This document shows, piece after piece, positions 60,941-64,000 of a DNA stretch of 64,000 bases. Position 1 is the stretch's first letter. Every line of letters begins with the position of its first letter. A program made the position numbers and the translations under genes. Location: positions 42,842,001-42,906,000 of the forward strand of contig OZ038378.1 of assembly GCA_964036045.1 (NCBI GenBank). The letters are read 5' to 3'. The notes beneath the pieces were generated by a model, which worked only from the letters and a program-made list of their open reading frames with translations, was not told the DNA's origin and searched no databases. Source of the DNA: Eutreptiella sp. 'Long Island Sound 2002' (lineage: Eukaryota; Protista; Euglenida).

Positions 60941-63900
60941 ACTTCAAAATGCAGCAATGCCGTCAGAATGAGGACGTCGCAGACTGTTGCATGATGACAT
61001 GGTGTCATGCTCTCATGCTAACATGGTGCAGTCGTATATTGACAAAAAACTTTCAGAAAAAAATTTACCAAAAAGATAGTTCAGTATTTGACTCCGTTCA
61101 CTTTGCCAAAAGAACAACGGAGCATCAATAGCGTTGTGACGCGTTCCCGTGGGGGGCCGGCCACGGGACGCTGCGGTGACACGCACAAGCAAGCAGGCAG
61201 GCAAAGCACTGCGCTCACAGGGGCATCAATTACGCTCGTGTCATGAGACAAAGCGTTTCAGAATCCTTGCCACTCTGAAATGAGGGAACGAAGGTATGTA
61301 CAGCAACACATCAGGATATGTACACATGGGGTTAAGACTGGACTTGGGTAAGGGCATCACAGGACAATAGATACTCTATCCCAACTCGTATCCCAATCCC
61401 AGGTCCGACCCTCTCAGTGGCTGGTGGGGGCGGGGGCTCAAACACAACCCATGCCCTGCTCAGTCCGGACCCTGAAACCCTGCCAATAGGGGGGGTGTCC
61501 CGCCCGGCCACAGGCGAGTTCCTGGGAACCAAGGGGCTCCAAGACCAACCGACAGTGGCTCCCTATGCTCCCTTAACGGCAGGTCCTAACTCCTCTGTGA
61601 GCCAGAGATATGGCCCCGCCATTATCCCCTGGGAGTTGGTAGCTGAAAATGGGCTGTTTCAGCCCAAACTGATATTGGCTCAAAAATCTCCAAAATTGAC
61701 CCCTCGTCCGGACCCGCCAGAGGTAGGGACGAGGCAACTGACCCTATGCCCTTCGCATACGAACTCCCTGGAACCCTCACCCAACCTGGTTCCCTCTGAG
61801 GTCCCGGCATCAGGGCATCACGGGTTCGTCAAGTGGGGTCATAATGGCCAAAATGGCAAAATCGGCCGTCTCGGGCGACCGTCCAGGGTAGGAAATCTTG
61901 GCGATATTGACGCGCCAAGCCTTGATTCACAACCCTTGATATCCCCTTTGGTCCCATGCCCTGGGTTATCGCTTGCTGTCACGCTGGCTGCTTACTGTTC
62001 ACCGAGGGGATGACCACACGGACGGGGCAGAAAGCAACATGCGGTGCAAAGGGGGGGATCGTGGATCGCACCAAAAGTTGAAAACCTCCGGATGAGCCGG
62101 AGGAGCAAATACGAAACTCAGTGGCGTTCAACCCTTGGTCATATGCTACAATAATCGCCCTTCCTTCCTGGCTAGATCCCGTACCCCATGGAGATATGGT
62201 AATTCCAATATGGCACACAATGGCAAAAACAGCGAAATTTGGCCAAAATGGCCCGCACTCATGATTCCATATTTCCATGTCCACGGCGAGGATCCTTTCA
62301 ACCAAAGATGCTATAGACATATGGGACTTAGGTCCCAATAGGTGCCACTTGCCAACCCTCATGGTCGCCTCTAGCTATTTTTCCCATTGGAGGGAAAATG
62401 ACACACAAATGGGGTAGAATGGCAACTGAAGCCGGTTCGGACCCCCGTGGCCATCTTGGGGTCACTTGGGGTGTGTATCTATGTGCCGGCAAGCCGCCAT
62501 TTGCTGATATCATACTCTCCCGTCCACCTGAACTAACCTGATGTGATAGTGTGATAGGTTTGGCCATTCCGGCTATGAGCGGCCATATTCAGAACCGAGG
62601 CACCGCCAGCGGAGATTTATATATCGGAATATCAGGAATCAACAGGGTTTTATTATCACGATGTTTCCGTAATTTTTCAGCCTTTCGTTCTGATGGTCAA
62701 TGTATCGGCGACTGTCAGTTGGCTCGCGATTTTGCGGTAACCGATTGGTTAACTGTTATTTCCAGATATTTTGGCGGATACTCCGTTGAAGGGTCAGATT
62801 TCATCAGCAAAGGGTTCGTTGCTTCCGCAATTCTCTAAATAAGCACTCGAAATTTTAATCTGAATTTTTCGCGATGTCGAAATCGGATTTTCGACTTCGA
62901 CATCGCCGCACTTGATTTTGTCGTCTTCGAGTGATCATACTCTCTTCCCTATGCCCGAATCAGGTTTCCCTTATACTTGCCACCCATTTGACTTGGAGAT
63001 ATAAGGGAAACAAAAGTGAATCGTGGGACCACTTTGAAGAGACATATCTACGCGCGAGTGTGAGGAAAGAGAATAAGGAAGGTTGGGTTGCAAGCGCCTT
63101 AGTCTCAAGTTAATTTAGGAAGCATCAAACGCCTTTGGTGCGCACACATGCCCGGTGTAGCAAGGGAAAAGGGTCAAGAGGGTATAAATTGATATATAAC
63201 TCTTGGACCGTGCAACCGAATATTTTAATGCGACTTTCGAGTGTGCCGCATGAGTGTTGGGGTTGCATAGCAACTCTCCTTGGGTTCCTACGCATTTTTA
63301 ACGTGAAGTTATGTCCATGGAGGGACATGGCATATCATGGTGGGAGCCACTTTTGAGGGTATATTTTATATGCATGGTATATGTCTTGATATGCTCACGC
63401 CCATGTTATATATCTTCGTGTGGCCCAAGAGATGGAGAGCCATACGTGACAAGGGTTTGGCCCATGTCTCAATTGTGGAATTCGAAGCGCTAGACCAAGT
63501 CTACCGCGTATGTATTGCTCATGGTATGTTTGACAAAGAGATCCATGGGTGCACTCCCATTTTCATGGGGCATGTAGATATTAGTGGCGAAGGTATCTCC
63601 ATGCGCCCGCTTGGGGATCCAAGTGGGGGAATTTCTTCGCAAATGGTTCCAATCATTTGTGTATTGAACCATGAGCGGATATCATGGGTGAGCATAGAGA
63701 TATAGTATCATGACAACTTGGTATTTGGACATATTTTCATGTTTTTGACCTCATTTTATGCTCATTTTTGTGTTTTATGTGCTCAACTGGTCGGCTAACA
63801 GCAAAGTGCCTAGAGATCCGTGAACTATGGTATGTTGCTTATATGTTGGCATATGCTTCGGTGTTGTACCTCACCATATGCCGGATCACGTGGTCACTTT

Positions 63901-64000
63901 GGCTTGGCGCACGAGGCCTCACAAAATTAGGTCTCATACTCATGAGCTGACTTGTGAAACATGCCATGTACATAACCGGAGGAGTTTCGGAGCCACTGAT

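Noticed and set aside
62871-62906. 11-bp-arm hairpin gcgatgtcgaa...ttcgacatcgc (and a GC hairpin near 61141-61170)
   Set aside because: Short and isolated with no associated gene or element end, so it may be chance or an undefined TE subterminal structure.

Overview
Repeat-dominated eukaryotic DNA with spliceosomal GT-AG introns and no prokaryotic operons, CRISPR, rRNA or tRNA that I can support. A CEP44 homologue implies a centriole/flagellum-bearing lineage. Two host genes lie head to head. The first is a minus-strand BTB/POZ (KCTD-type) gene whose domain is split by an inferred 22,146-bp intron (11111-33256). The second is a plus-strand CEP44-like gene (40851-52342) with TE-filled introns. 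The giant intron holds the most unusual material: a ~20-kb block bounded by inverted (G/C)TAGTAAAA(C) arrays. This block contains (i) six tandem 1.2-1.3 kb TIR elements separated by (TA)n, (ii) a decayed four-gene minus-strand cassette, and (iii) a MULE transposase with SWIM-like and Ulp1-like protease segments. The cassette encodes a 2OG-Fe(II) dioxygenase-like protein, an AT-hook/coiled-coil protein, a RAG1/Transib-like DDE transposase and a Zn-finger/SAP-like protein. Each of these four genes is preceded by clusters of the palindrome TTCGCGCGAA. The rest of the window holds degenerate LINEs, a DIRS-like fragment, a Penelope-like RT, a hAT transposase, a MITE, minisatellites and microsatellites. 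All family assignments come from motif reading by eye and were not confirmed by database searches.
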